From the NCBI GenBank assembly GCA_963833095.1, contig CAWHWQ010000001.1, forward strand, positions 640,001-704,000: a DNA stretch of 64,000 nt. The letters are read 5' to 3'. This document shows, one piece after another, positions 20,199 through 29,972 of the stretch. The number at the start of each line of letters is the position of its first letter. Position 1 is the first letter of the stretch. This stretch comes from Vulcanimicrobiota bacterium (GTDB taxonomy: Bacteria > Vulcanimicrobiota > Vulcanimicrobiia > Vulcanimicrobiales > Vulcanimicrobiaceae). Both the position numbers and the translations under genes were made by a program. The notes beneath the pieces were generated by a model. It saw nothing but the letters and a program-made list of their open reading frames with translations, did no database searches and was not told the DNA's origin.

Positions 20199-21431
20199 GT
20201 GGATTCCGTCGTAAACAGCCGCCCGGCGCTCGAGTTTATGCTCGCGCCGCACAATACCGCTGAGTTCTTCGCGCAGCATTTCGAGAAGCTCCCCTTGCAC
20301 GTGGAGCGGAACGACCCGGCCTATTTCGCCGACGTTTACAGCATCGCCGACGTCGAGGATTCACTGGTTGTCGGGGCGCGCGAACCGGAGAACTTCGCCC
20401 TGGTCAAAGCGGGAAGCCCTGAGGTCTCCGAGGACGACTTCACCTACGAGCGCCCGAGCGTGCGTTGGCGGCTCACCGGCAAGGGCCCACGTCGCTGGAT
20501 AGACGCGCGCAAGGTGATCTCGTATTTTGCCGATGGCTATACGCTTATCATTAAAGACGCCGCGCTCTTTAGCGCGCGCCTTCAACGCTTTTGCAATTAT
20601 CTCCAGCGCGACCTGATGGCCTTCGCCCAGCCGAACGTCTATTTCACGCCACCCTCAGCGCAAGGGTTTCAAGTCCATCACGACACGCACGACACCTTGA
20701 CGGCACAAGTCGTCGGCGAAAAAACCTGGCGCATCTACGAACCGATCATCCAGCTTCCGCTCGAATCACAGCCCTTCCACAGCGGCACCAAGGTCGAGGG
20801 CCTCAAACTCTTCGATGAGGTCCGGCTGCTCGCCGGAGACACGCTCTACATTCCGCGCGGCTTTCCCCACGAGGCCAAGACTTCGGATAGCGTGTCGCTG
20901 CATTGCACGTTTGCGCTCGCACCGGTTCGCGTAACCGACGTGATGGATCTTGCGCTTCGTATCGCCGGCGACCAAGACGTCGAGTTGCGCCACGCCTTGC
21001 CGCCCGCCGTCCTCGCGCAAGAAGATCTGGCAACGCGACTGGGCGAGTTCTTCGAATCGCGCCTCGCGCAGACGTTTGAAACGCCGCGCATGCAAGTGGC
21101 GGTTGACATCGCGCTCAACGAACTCTTCCGCTTAACGCGCCCGAACGCCAATGGTGCGTTCGAACAGGCGCTCGATACGTTTGATATCAAGCCGGACACG
21201 CGCGTGCGCATCGACGACGCGGTGCCGTACATGGTGCGTCAGCGTGGCGAAGGCATCGAGCTGCTGATCGCGGGCAAAGTCGTCGCGTTTCCGCCGATCT
21301 GCCGCGCAGCATTCGAGCATCTCCAGCGTGGACCCACGAGCGTCGCCGAGATGGACCCCTCGCTTTCGCCGGAACATCGCGCGTTGCTCATCAAGCTGTT
21401 GGTCCTCGAAGGCCTCGTCATCATCGAGTAA
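20199..21431 (+). CDS. JmjC/cupin 2-oxoglutarate oxygenase of the ribosomal-oxygenase (YcfD/NO66/MINA) type
   Basis: NVYFTPPSAQGFQVHHDTHD (HxD), GEKTWRIY, GDTLYIPRGFPHEA. Confidence 0.82.
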   Translation: MDSVVNSRPALEFMLAPHNTAEFFAQHFEKLPLHVERNDPAYFADVYSIADVEDSLVVGAREPENFALVKAGSPEVSEDDFTYERPSVRWRLTGKGPRRWIDARKVISYFADGYTLIIKDAALFSARLQRFCNYLQRDLMAFAQPNVYFTPPSAQGFQVHHDTHDTLTAQVVGEKTWRIYEPIIQLPLESQPFHSGTKVEGLKLFDEVRLLAGDTLYIPRGFPHEAKTSDSVSLHCTFALAPVRVTDVMDLALRIAGDQDVELRHALPPAVLAQEDLATRLGEFFESRLAQTFETPRMQVAVDIALNELFRLTRPNANGAFEQALDTFDIKPDTRVRIDDAVPYMVRQRGEGIELLIAGKVVAFPPICRAAFEHLQRGPTSVAEMDPSLSPEHRALLIKLLVLEGLVIIE

Positions 21432-21443
21432 GGAGCCGCTGAT

Positions 21444-23069
21444 TTAGCCAGGCTCCTTAAACATCTCTCTCAGTTTATACTTTTGAATTTTTCCGGTGAC
21501 GGTCATCGGGAAGGCATCCGTGAAGCGCACGTAGTGCGGAACCTTGAAGTGCGCGATCTTTCCTTGACAATAGGCTTTTAGGTCGTCTTCGCTGACCTTC
21601 GCGTCTTCGTGGACGATGATCCAGGCGCAGAGCTGCTCGCCGAAGCGCTCGTCGGGAACCCCCACCACGCTCACGTCCCGGATCGCGGGATGCGTGAAAA
21701 GAAACTCCTCGATCTCGCGCGGATAGATATTTTCGCCCCCGCGAATCACCATGTCTTTGACACGGCCCGAGATCATCACATATCCGTCATCGTCCATGAT
21801 TGCGATATCGCCGGTGTGCATGTACCGTGCCGAATCGATTGAAGCCGCCGTGTTTTCGGGATCGTTCCAATAGCCTAGCATGACGCTGTAGCCCCGCGTG
21901 CAGAGTTCACCTGGGACGTTGCGCGGGACGATGCGGCCGCGATCGTCCACAATCTTCACCTCGACGTGCGGATGCACGCGCCCGACGGTTCCGACACGTT
22001 TCTCGACGGGATCATCAACTGCGGTTTGGAACGAAACCGGCGACGTTTCGGTCATACCATAGCAAATCGTCACCTGGTCCATGTGCATCTCGCTGCGCAC
22101 GCGCTTCATGACTTCCACGGGGCAGGGCGCGCCGGCCATAATACCTGTTCGCAGCGAGGATAGATCGAAATCCGCGAAGTTCGGCAGCGCGAGTTCCGCG
22201 ATGAACATCGTGGGCACGCCATAGAGCGACGTGCAGTGTTCCGATTCAACGGCCGCAAGCGAAGCCTGCGGGTCGAAGGCCGGTGCAGGAATCACGATCG
22301 CCGCTCCGTGGGTGATGCAAGCGAGATTGCCCAGAACCATCCCGAAGCAATGATAGAAGGGAACGGGTATGCAGACGCGATCGTCCGGTGTATACCGGCA
22401 GATCTCACCGATGAAGAATCCGTTGTTGAGAATGTTGTGGTGCGAAAGAGTCGCGCCTTTCGGAAATCCGGTCGTACCCGACGTATATTGTATGTTGATC
22501 GCTTCGTCGAATTGCGCAGCGCGCTGCCGGATCTCGAGCTGTTCGGCCGTGATGCCGGCCGACGCGGCGCGCAGCTCGTCCCAGCGCAAATCACCAAGAC
22601 GGCGCGGAGCGCCGTCGCCGATCGCTACAACCTCGAACAAGTCGGGAAGCCGATCGCGCACCTCTTCGACCATGGTAAGATAGTCGCTGGTTTTGTAGTG
22701 CGATTGCACGAGGAGCATACGCACGCCGCTTTGACGCAGGACGTATTCGAGCTCGACCGTACGATAAGCCGGATTGATATTGACGAGGATGGCCCCGATC
22801 TTCGCTGTAGCAAACTGCGCGATTGTCCACTCCACATTGTTCGTAGACCAGATGCCCACGCGTTCGCCATGTCGCACACCCAGGGCAAGCAGTCCGCGCG
22901 CAATCTCATCGCACGCCTGCGCGAACTGCGCGTAGCGCAGGCGAACACCCTGGTGCGCGCTGACGACGGCTTCGCGGTCGGGGTACTGCAGCGCAACGCG
23001 ATCGAGCAACTCGCCGATCGTTTCACCGATCAGCGAAACATCGCTTGCACCATGCGTGTAGCTGATCAT
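21444..23069 (-). CDS. AMP-binding acyl-CoA synthetase
   Basis: [45 protein letters not shown]. Confidence 0.93.
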   Translation of the reverse strand: MISYTHGASDVSLIGETIGELLDRVALQYPDREAVVSAHQGVRLRYAQFAQACDEIARGLLALGVRHGERVGIWSTNNVEWTIAQFATAKIGAILVNINPAYRTVELEYVLRQSGVRMLLVQSHYKTSDYLTMVEEVRDRLPDLFEVVAIGDGAPRRLGDLRWDELRAASAGITAEQLEIRQRAAQFDEAINIQYTSGTTGFPKGATLSHHNILNNGFFIGEICRYTPDDRVCIPVPFYHCFGMVLGNLACITHGAAIVIPAPAFDPQASLAAVESEHCTSLYGVPTMFIAELALPNFADFDLSSLRTGIMAGAPCPVEVMKRVRSEMHMDQVTICYGMTETSPVSFQTAVDDPVEKRVGTVGRVHPHVEVKIVDDRGRIVPRNVPGELCTRGYSVMLGYWNDPENTAASIDSARYMHTGDIAIMDDDGYVMISGRVKDMVIRGGENIYPREIEEFLFTHPAIRDVSVVGVPDERFGEQLCAWIIVHEDAKVSEDDLKAYCQGKIAHFKVPHYVRFTDAFPMTVTGKIQKYKLREMFKEPG

Positions 23070-23548
23070 TCTTCGCCGTCGAAGTAGTCGAGCGGCTCGG
23101 CGCGCATGAACGCTCGTTCGGGTAGGACGACGCCGTGCTTCTTACTGTCGGGGTAATACCACGACTCGCCGATCGGGTTATCCGCGACGCAGATGAGCAC
23201 GAGGTCCTCGTGACCATCGCCGCCGCGAATTTGGTGCGCCTCACCGGGCTTGAACAAAAATGTATCGCCGGGTCCGATTGCCGTTAGCCCGGTCTCGTCG
23301 CGCACGAGGCCGTTCCCGGACAGCACGTGATAAAACTCCCACTGCGCGCTATGCGAGTGATACGGACAACCGGGAACTCCCGGTGGAATGCGTTGGATTT
23401 CGACGTCGAACGGATGACGCTTGAGTAGGTCGGTCGACTCGCGCTTGCGGCCAAGCGCCTCGGAGAGCTGCTTGCCGTATCCACCCATCGTTCGCTTGGG
23501 CGACCACCATTCGATCTCGGGAACGTCGCCCGCATTGATCTTCTGCAC
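23066..23548 (-). CDS. Cupin domain protein
   Basis: [17 protein letters not shown]...PGEAHQI. Confidence 0.8.
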   Translation of the reverse strand: MQKINAGDVPEIEWWSPKRTMGGYGKQLSEALGRKRESTDLLKRHPFDVEIQRIPPGVPGCPYHSHSAQWEFYHVLSGNGLVRDETGLTAIGPGDTFLFKPGEAHQIRGGDGHEDLVLICVADNPIGESWYYPDSKKHGVVLPERAFMRAEPLDYFDGEE

Positions 23549-23591
23549 GACGACCAATTCGCCAACGCAGAAACATGAACCCCGCTGTATA

Positions 23592-25130
23592 CTAAGGGCG
23601 CCCGGTAATATACGCGAACTTCGAGCCGTCGACGTCGTCGATCGTTGCGATGTGGAAAAAGCCACGCCGCTCGACCGGATCGTTGGCATCGACCGCGAGC
23701 ATTGTGCCGGGCAGGAAGCATTTCGGATCGCTGATTCCGTCGATCCAGGTTAGATCGCTACCGAGCAGATAAAATCGTGAATAGGAGTCAGCGTCGTACC
23801 ATTGCGGCAAGACCGAAAAGCAGACGCGCTGGTAGCTTCTTTGCGCGACGATCTGCTCGAACATCGCGCGCGTTCCGGAATCCCACGCGTTTGAATTTTG
23901 GTGTACGTACCTCGTGAAGTAGAACCAGGAGAACTGCACGACCGAAATCGTTGCCACGATTGTGAAGGCCGCCGCAACCGCAAAACGCGCGCCCCGTGCG
24001 ACGCGATGCCGCTTGATGCTTCCCGACGCATCGAGCAATAGCGTGAGACCCATAGCCGCGAGGATGCAGAATACCGGCGCCCCGGCAAGCGTTCGTGGCG
24101 CATTGGGCGCGCCTTCGTTGGTCAGCGCGCCTCCAAGCGGGTAGACTAAAAGCCAGAACCAGACCCATGCCGCAAGCGCTCGGTTACGCACGTATTTGAA
24201 TGTGCAGAGCACGCCTAGGGCAGCAAGTGGGATCAACCACCAGTAGAACGCGCCGAAGCCATCGAGGTAGCGCCAGGTCAGACCGGGGTGCGGATCGCCG
24301 TTGATTGCGAGATACGACCAACGAAACTGACCGGCATAATTCGAGGCAAACGCTTTGAGCGCAGCAAGTGAGAAGCCGCTTGCGAAGATGGTCAAGCGCT
24401 GCACGCGCGCGCTTGTTTGCGGCTCGAAAAAGAGCATCCAGTAGGCCGGGGCGGACGCAACGAACCACAGCGCGACCGCCGCATAGACCCGGCTCACCGT
24501 CCGCCACGAGCGATAGGTTACGGCATAGATCGCGAAGAGCGGCGCGCCAAGAGCGATTGCGTAGAACCATCCCGCGAGGTACGTGTACGCGGTCGCGGCA
24601 AGGAGTAATGCGGCCCATCCCAAAAGCGGCGGCGCGCCTCGACCCAGTGCGCGCAATAGCACGTAGATTCCACCGAGTAAAAGGGGCAACTCGGATGCCG
24701 GTTCCCACGCGATGCGCGAGAATTGAACGAAAATGGGCGCGATCGCCTGCAGCAGTGCCGCGAGCAACGCAATATCGCGGCGCTTGGTCAGTTCGAGCAC
24801 AATCGCATAGATCAGAAGCACCGTCACAAGGCCTAAGATCACTGCGGGTAAACGCAGGCCGAACGGCGTTTTGCCGAAGAGCAGCGTCGAGGCAAACCCC
24901 GCGACCGCGTACACCGGCGGGTTTCGCGTAAACCGCGCGTAGAGAAACGGCAATAGCGCCCCATCGACGTCGTGTCCAGTCGTCGCGATGCTATGCGCGG
25001 AGTTATAGAGGTCGATTTCGTCGACGATCACTTCGCTCGGGATCGCCGAGATTTGGTACAGTCGTAGGAACGCGCCGAGCAGCACGATCAGGACGAGAGC
25101 GACAGATGCTCTCGAGATGCGCGCCTGCAC
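23592..25130 (-). CDS. GT-C/ArnT-PMT family membrane glycosyltransferase
   Basis: LRLY...DE, NPPVY, GLRLPA, multiple TM helices. Confidence 0.8.
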   Translation of the reverse strand: MQARISRASVALVLIVLLGAFLRLYQISAIPSEVIVDEIDLYNSAHSIATTGHDVDGALLPFLYARFTRNPPVYAVAGFASTLLFGKTPFGLRLPAVILGLVTVLLIYAIVLELTKRRDIALLAALLQAIAPIFVQFSRIAWEPASELPLLLGGIYVLLRALGRGAPPLLGWAALLLAATAYTYLAGWFYAIALGAPLFAIYAVTYRSWRTVSRVYAAVALWFVASAPAYWMLFFEPQTSARVQRLTIFASGFSLAALKAFASNYAGQFRWSYLAINGDPHPGLTWRYLDGFGAFYWWLIPLAALGVLCTFKYVRNRALAAWVWFWLLVYPLGGALTNEGAPNAPRTLAGAPVFCILAAMGLTLLLDASGSIKRHRVARGARFAVAAAFTIVATISVVQFSWFYFTRYVHQNSNAWDSGTRAMFEQIVAQRSYQRVCFSVLPQWYDADSYSRFYLLGSDLTWIDGISDPKCFLPGTMLAVDANDPVERRGFFHIATIDDVDGSKFAYITGRP

Positions 25131-25136
25131 TCGCGG

Positions 25137-25409
25137 TTAGTGCTGTGCGAAGCGCAGTTTCGAGCGCTCTTTCGCCTTGTGCGCCTCAACTTCGCGATCG
25201 CGCGGCGGCGCGTTGGTGACGAGAGAGGCGAGCAGTTCGCGAGCGGCGTCCGTTACGTGGTCGACTGCGTGATTGAAGGCGGCTTCATTCGCCTTCGACG
25301 GATGCGTGAAGCCGCTGAGCTTGCGCACGAACTGAATCGCCGACGCTCGGATCTCGTCGTCGGTCGCCGGCGGCGCAAAATTGTGAAGCGTTTTAATGTT
25401 CCGGCACAT
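25137..25409 (-). CDS. DUF2277 protein
   Basis: MCRNIKTLHNFAPPATDDEIRASAIQFVRKLSG. Confidence 0.85.
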   Translation of the reverse strand: MCRNIKTLHNFAPPATDDEIRASAIQFVRKLSGFTHPSKANEAAFNHAVDHVTDAARELLASLVTNAPPRDREVEAHKAKERSKLRFAQH

Positions 25410-25512
25410 GCACAACGATTTCGCAGTCGAATCCCGGCAATCCGCCTGGGGGCGCAAGGGAAAGCCGTTCCAAGGTCCAACGACATTCGCCCGAGGAGGG
25501 CTGTTGCACACG

Positions 25513-25929
25513 ATGACTTCGTATCGCATTGCATGTTTTGCGGTCACTTTCGCGCTGAGCGCGATGCTCGTCAGCGCACCCGCTGGCGCAACATTACAGA
25601 CAGTGATCGCCCAACGCAGCATCGTCCCCGGAAAGCCCTTTAGCGACTGCAGTACGCGAGCCAAGAGCGCCCTGACCAGCGTGATGCAAGACGCCACGGA
25701 AGCGGGCGACGGATCGGGCGACTGGTTCGGCTCCACGAGCGTTGACTCATCGATCTCCGCTGTGGCGGTGGTCGAGTGTCATCAACTTGACAGTGGGTAC
25801 GCCGTCAGCTTCACGTGCAGCGCTCAGGTGCCACCCAATGTGGACACGGCGGCCGCATTGTGCACCAAACTCGTTGCCGCCTTCGGCGCGACGACGGCTT
25901 CGACGGCTGGAGGTGCTTCGTGGCGTTGA
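25513..25929 (+). CDS. Secreted hypothetical protein with 4 conserved Cys (paralog 1)
   Basis: Signal peptide; aligns by eye with the next ORF. Confidence 0.7.
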   Translation: MTSYRIACFAVTFALSAMLVSAPAGATLQTVIAQRSIVPGKPFSDCSTRAKSALTSVMQDATEAGDGSGDWFGSTSVDSSISAVAVVECHQLDSGYAVSFTCSAQVPPNVDTAAALCTKLVAAFGATTASTAGGASWR

Positions 25930-25955
25930 TCCCTCCGCGCGGACGCCTGTTCGCA

Positions 25956-26582
25956 ATGTTCTTCGCGCTTGCCATTCTCGTAACCGGCGGGCTCTCGCCG
26001 GCGGCCGTGGATCTGTCCACGGGCTTACGTTACGCGATTCCGGTCGGCACCATGGATGAGTGTGGAACCAAAGCGCAGGCCGCGCTTAACGCGTATCTGC
26101 AAAATGCAACCGAATCGTCGCCGGGTGAATGGATCGCTACCGGTCCGCTTGGACAAGTCGGGCGCCCCGACACGACGGCCGCCGCTACCGTCCACTGTTA
26201 TCCCAACGGCAAAGGCTACGTCGTAAGCTTCTCATGCACGGTCGAAACGCCGAACAATCCTTACGATGCGAACTCATTGTGCTTGGACATCGGTCACAAC
26301 TTTAATGGCGGGCCGCAAAAACCGTTGGCAACGCCGACGCCGATGCCGACCGGCTGTACGACAGCTAACCTGATCGGCACCTGGCAATCGGATGATAACC
26401 CAAAGCTGAGTGTCAAGATGGATGCGAGCGGCGAACTCACCGATAGCGAAGACGTCATCGGTAGCTGGGTGCTTAGCGGCAACAAAGCCATCATCACGTA
26501 CTACGGAAACCACAACATGACGCTATCGGCCGACGGCAAACATCTCGCCGGCGGAGGGTACAGTTTCACGCGTAAGTGCTAG
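25956..26582 (+). CDS. Secreted hypothetical protein: 4-Cys domain plus C-terminal beta domain (paralog 2)
   Basis: Signal peptide; shared 4-Cys domain; LIGTWQS motif after a PT linker; start may be the GTG at 25920. Confidence 0.7.
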   Translation: MFFALAILVTGGLSPAAVDLSTGLRYAIPVGTMDECGTKAQAALNAYLQNATESSPGEWIATGPLGQVGRPDTTAAATVHCYPNGKGYVVSFSCTVETPNNPYDANSLCLDIGHNFNGGPQKPLATPTPMPTGCTTANLIGTWQSDDNPKLSVKMDASGELTDSEDVIGSWVLSGNKAIITYYGNHNMTLSADGKHLAGGGYSFTRKC

Positions 26583-26656
26583 CCGAATTGCTCGTCTTCA
26601 AAGCGAATTCCAAGGCTGGGAGCGCAGGCTGAACTCCTAGATGTCAGGAGGACACT

Positions 26657-27040
26657 ATGCAACGCCTCTCTCCCATCGCCGAAATCTTCGGCTACCTCGT
26701 CTGCCTCATCGCCATCGTCGTCTTCTTCATCAGCGTCGCGGGCATCGTCAACGGCGCGTTTCGGGTGGTGAACCCAAGCGCCGGCCCCCGAGTGATCGCT
26801 GCGCGCATGTTATCCGGCCACGGCTGGGAGCGCGCGCGGTCGATGGCCGCGCCTCCGGATGTCATGCCCCCACCTCCGAATGCCGCCGCCGCGACCGCGA
26901 TCCGAGCGCGCTTCGAAGGTGACGCGCGCTTTGACGCCGCGCGCAAGCTGGTGCTTTCAATCGTGATGCTGATCGTCTCGGTGCTCGCCTTCCGGCGCGC
27001 CTTCGAGTGGATTAACCCGAGGCAAGGCTCAACCGCGTAG
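26657..27040 (+). CDS. Hypothetical two-TM membrane protein
   Basis: AGGAGG RBS; two hydrophobic segments. Confidence 0.6.
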   Translation: MQRLSPIAEIFGYLVCLIAIVVFFISVAGIVNGAFRVVNPSAGPRVIAARMLSGHGWERARSMAAPPDVMPPPPNAAAATAIRARFEGDARFDAARKLVLSIVMLIVSVLAFRRAFEWINPRQGSTA

Positions 27041-27056
27041 CGGCAGACAGCTCCGA

Positions 27057-27380
27057 TTACGACCGTACCGAAATCCGATCCACGACCCCTTTGACTCCAG
27101 GTACGCCGCGTACCGTGTGAACGATCACGCGATCGATCTCTTGGCTCGGAGCTGTTCCAGTGAGGGTGACGACGCCATTATGCGACAGCGGCGCAACGTG
27201 GAATGTGTTCACGCCGGCTTGCGCGGCTATCGCCGCCGACACGCGAACGTCGAGTGCCGCGTCGAGCGACTGCTTCCGCGCGATCTGGTAATCTTGCGTC
27301 GCTTCGTGCGATGCGGACTGCTGCTGCTGCGCCGAACATCCGGCGAGGATTGCAAGGGCAAACAAAATCGACGTCTTCAT
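27057..27380 (-). CDS. BON-domain lipoprotein
   Basis: Lipobox LAGC; NGVVTLTG, VPGVKGVVDRI. Confidence 0.85.
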   Translation of the reverse strand: MKTSILFALAILAGCSAQQQQSASHEATQDYQIARKQSLDAALDVRVSAAIAAQAGVNTFHVAPLSHNGVVTLTGTAPSQEIDRVIVHTVRGVPGVKGVVDRISVRS

Positions 27381-27462
27381 GGAGACTAACGTACCCCACG
27401 GGCGGCAAGCTACCCACCGTGTGGCGGAAACCTTCGCGCGGGGCCCGAGGTCTTGCGCTGAA

Positions 27463-27969
27463 ATGGAGCTCTTTCGCTCAACGCTCGAGACACGGTACGG
27501 ACGGCTCAACCTGACGGTAAACACCGACGGCGTCTTGATCGAAGTTTGGTTGCCCAATCGCGCTGTGGCCATCGCGCCCACGCGGGCGTTCCCGCCTGCC
27601 GCCGAAGAGGGCATGCGCGCCGTCCGCGTTCAGCTCAACGAATATTTTCTTGGCACGCGCCGCACCTTCGATGTCCCGATCGACCCGCACGGCACATCGT
27701 TCGAGCGACGCGTGTGGAAGCGACTGCGCGAAATCCCCTACGGAGCGACGACGTCGTACGGGGCCATCGCGGGGGAATTTGGACTGCGCAGCGGAGCGCG
27801 CGCCGTCGGGCGCGCGAACGGTGCGAATCCTATTCCCATCATCATTCCTTGTCATCGCGTCATTGGGGCGGACGGAACGCTCACCGGCTTCGGCGGTGGC
27901 CTGCCGCTCAAGCAGGCGCTGCTCGAACTCGAAGGTGCAATTCCACCGCCCGAACCGACGTTGTTATGA
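27463..27969 (+). CDS. ogt: Methylated-DNA-protein-cysteine methyltransferase
   Basis: IPYG..SYG, ARAVGRANGANP, IPCHRVIG. Confidence 0.93.
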   Translation: MELFRSTLETRYGRLNLTVNTDGVLIEVWLPNRAVAIAPTRAFPPAAEEGMRAVRVQLNEYFLGTRRTFDVPIDPHGTSFERRVWKRLREIPYGATTSYGAIAGEFGLRSGARAVGRANGANPIPIIIPCHRVIGADGTLTGFGGGLPLKQALLELEGAIPPPEPTLL

Positions 27970-27976
27970 CTCCCGG

Positions 27977-28787
27977 CTACTGGGTCTGGAAGGTCCACCC
28001 GGTAGAGAATCGGCTTCCGGCTTCCGTGGTGCCGGTCACGGTGATCTGATGCATCCCGGAGTTGAGCGCGAACGAGGGGGTCACGTTAAAACCTGTTGCG
28101 TTCGCATAGACACTTCTGGTAATGTCGCGGCCGTCGATGGAAACGCGCAGCGAATCGCGGCTTATCGGCTCGCTGTACGTCGCGTGTATCGCAGGATTCT
28201 CGTTACGCGACGATCTGTTCGGGGTCTCGTTCGAAAGGTGGAACGATTGATTGACCGGAGCTTGGTAGTTATTGTCGCGATTGCCGGCCGTTGTTGCCAT
28301 TGTTGCCGTTGTTGCCGTTATCGCGGTTGCCGCCGCTGTTGTTGCCGGTGCCGGCGATCGTTACGGTCGAGGTGTTGTTGTTCCAATCGACTGACGCTCC
28401 GAGGGCCTGGGCGATGAAGCGTAGCGGAACGAGCGTGCTCGAACCGACGATGAACGGCGCATCGTCGAGGTTCTGTGTCTGACCATTGACGGTCGCCTGG
28501 TTCGAACCGATACGCAGCGAAACATTTCGTCCGTTTCCAGTCGCGTTGATGGTTCCGCCGTCATAAACAACGGTAGCGCCGAGACGCTCGAATACGCCAC
28601 GAAGGGGCACGAACACGCGGCCGGCGCGCTCGATCGGGGGCTGGTTGAACTGCATCTGCTGGCCGTTGACGACGACCGCGACCGTGGTTTGGCCGATGGC
28701 CGGCTGCGCGACGGCAAACACGGCACAAAGAGAGATCGACGCTGCAGCGGCGAGAGCCGTGCGACTGACAATCAAGCTATTTGACAT
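27977..28787 (-). CDS. Copper amine oxidase N-terminal-domain (stalk) protein, frameshifted near 28290
   Basis: GRVFVPLRGVFERLGA, TLVPLRFIAQALGASVDW; frame switches inside an Asn/Gly-rich repeat linker. Confidence 0.8.
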
Positions 28788-28863
28788 ACGAGACTTCTTT
28801 CAGAGAAAACGTGAGAGCGGCCTCGCGGCCGCTCCCTGTAAAGGTACGAAGCGCGTCGCGCTT

Positions 28864-29184
28864 TTAGACCGGCGTCGGGATCTTGTGAAGGGTCGAGCTG
28901 ATCACATCAAACGACTTCACGTTCGGACTGCCGTCAAGCAGGGTCGTCAGCGATTGGAGCACCTGCGGATAGGTGTTCTGATTGTAGGACTCCGCGTTTT
29001 CCTTACGATCCCAAACGGTGACAGAGATCGCTTCGGTTCCATTGGAGCTCGCGCAGAACACGGCATTCTTAAAACCTGCTTGCTTCTGAAGCAACGGTAG
29101 GACCTTTTCGTCGATGGTCTTCGTTAAATCAGAGACACTATTTTGATTCTGTTTGAGCTTCATGGTTACTATACGAGAGAACAT
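28864..29184 (-). CDS. ABM-like (dimeric alpha-beta barrel) small protein
   Basis: LPLLQKQAGF, ISVTVWDRKENAESY; visibly more AT-rich than neighbours. Confidence 0.7.
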   Translation of the reverse strand: MFSRIVTMKLKQNQNSVSDLTKTIDEKVLPLLQKQAGFKNAVFCASSNGTEAISVTVWDRKENAESYNQNTYPQVLQSLTTLLDGSPNVKSFDVISSTLHKIPTPV

Positions 29185-29228
29185 TTCATCCTTAAAGACA
29201 ACAACTCGATCGACGGCTGAAAATCAAC

Positions 29229-29298
29229 CAATAAAAAACTGCCCTACACCGAGAACCGCGTTTGAAGCGGCAGAAACGGTGGGCAGCTTTTTTTATTG
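29229..29298 (-). terminator. Long bulged hairpin with U-tract in the leader of the ABM-like gene (terminator, attenuator or sRNA)
   Basis: CAATAAAAAA-CTGCCC...ACCG...CCGC/GCGG...CGGT-GGGCAG-C-TTTTTTTATTG; preceded on the minus strand by TGCTATAAT (29322-29330). Confidence 0.6.
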
Positions 29299-29525
29299 TC
29301 GCCTAGAGTTGCTGTGCAATTATTATAGCACACTTTACGCTAAAACGGGGGATTTAGTTTTAATCCGCGATTACGCGCACCACGTGCAGCAAGCCCTCGA
29401 CGTCTCCATGCATGCCGAGCGAATATCGCGTCACGCTATAGCATTCGTTCGCTTGCATTTGCCATCCAGGCGCGCCAGTTGAAACCGCGCGCAGGGTGAT
29501 TAGGACAGCTCCATTAGAAATCTAA

Positions 29526-29576
29526 TTGACAACGAAGGCTGCGCGCGCTATAGTGCTATTACATTACTAATAGTAC
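29526..29576 (+). promoter_or_regulatory. Sigma70 promoter and palindromic operator of the blaI-like operon
   Basis: TTGACA-N17-TATAGT, then GTGCTATTA-N6-TAATAGTAC (one mismatch). Confidence 0.75.
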
Positions 29577-29585
29577 GGGGGCTCC

Positions 29586-29972
29586 GTGTCTCGTAAGAAA
29601 TCGCTGATTCTCACCGACCACGAACTGCGTTTGATGGAAGAGCTCTGGCGGGCCGGTCGCGCAACCGTGGCTGACGTCGTGGATGTGCTTCCGCCGCCGC
29701 CGCTTGCATACAGCACGGTGCTTACTACGCTGCGTACGCTCGAGCAAAAGGGCTACATCGCACACGAAGAGGATGGGCGAGCCTACGTGTACCGCCCATT
29801 GGTCGCGCGCGACGAGGCAGCCAAGTCCGCGATGCGCCATCTCCTGGATCGCTTCTTTGGAAGCTCGCCCGGCGCGCTTGCGGTCACGTTGCTCGATGAC
29901 ACGCGCTTGAGCGAGGACGATATCACGAAAATAAAACGGATGCTCACGCGCAATCGGAAGGGGTCGCAATGA
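29586..29972 (+). CDS. BlaI/MecI/CopY family transcriptional repressor
   Basis: LTDHELRLMEELW, LAYSTVLTTLRTLEQKG, LLDRFFGSS. Confidence 0.92.
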   Translation: MSRKKSLILTDHELRLMEELWRAGRATVADVVDVLPPPPLAYSTVLTTLRTLEQKGYIAHEEDGRAYVYRPLVARDEAAKSAMRHLLDRFFGSSPGALAVTLLDDTRLSEDDITKIKRMLTRNRKGSQ

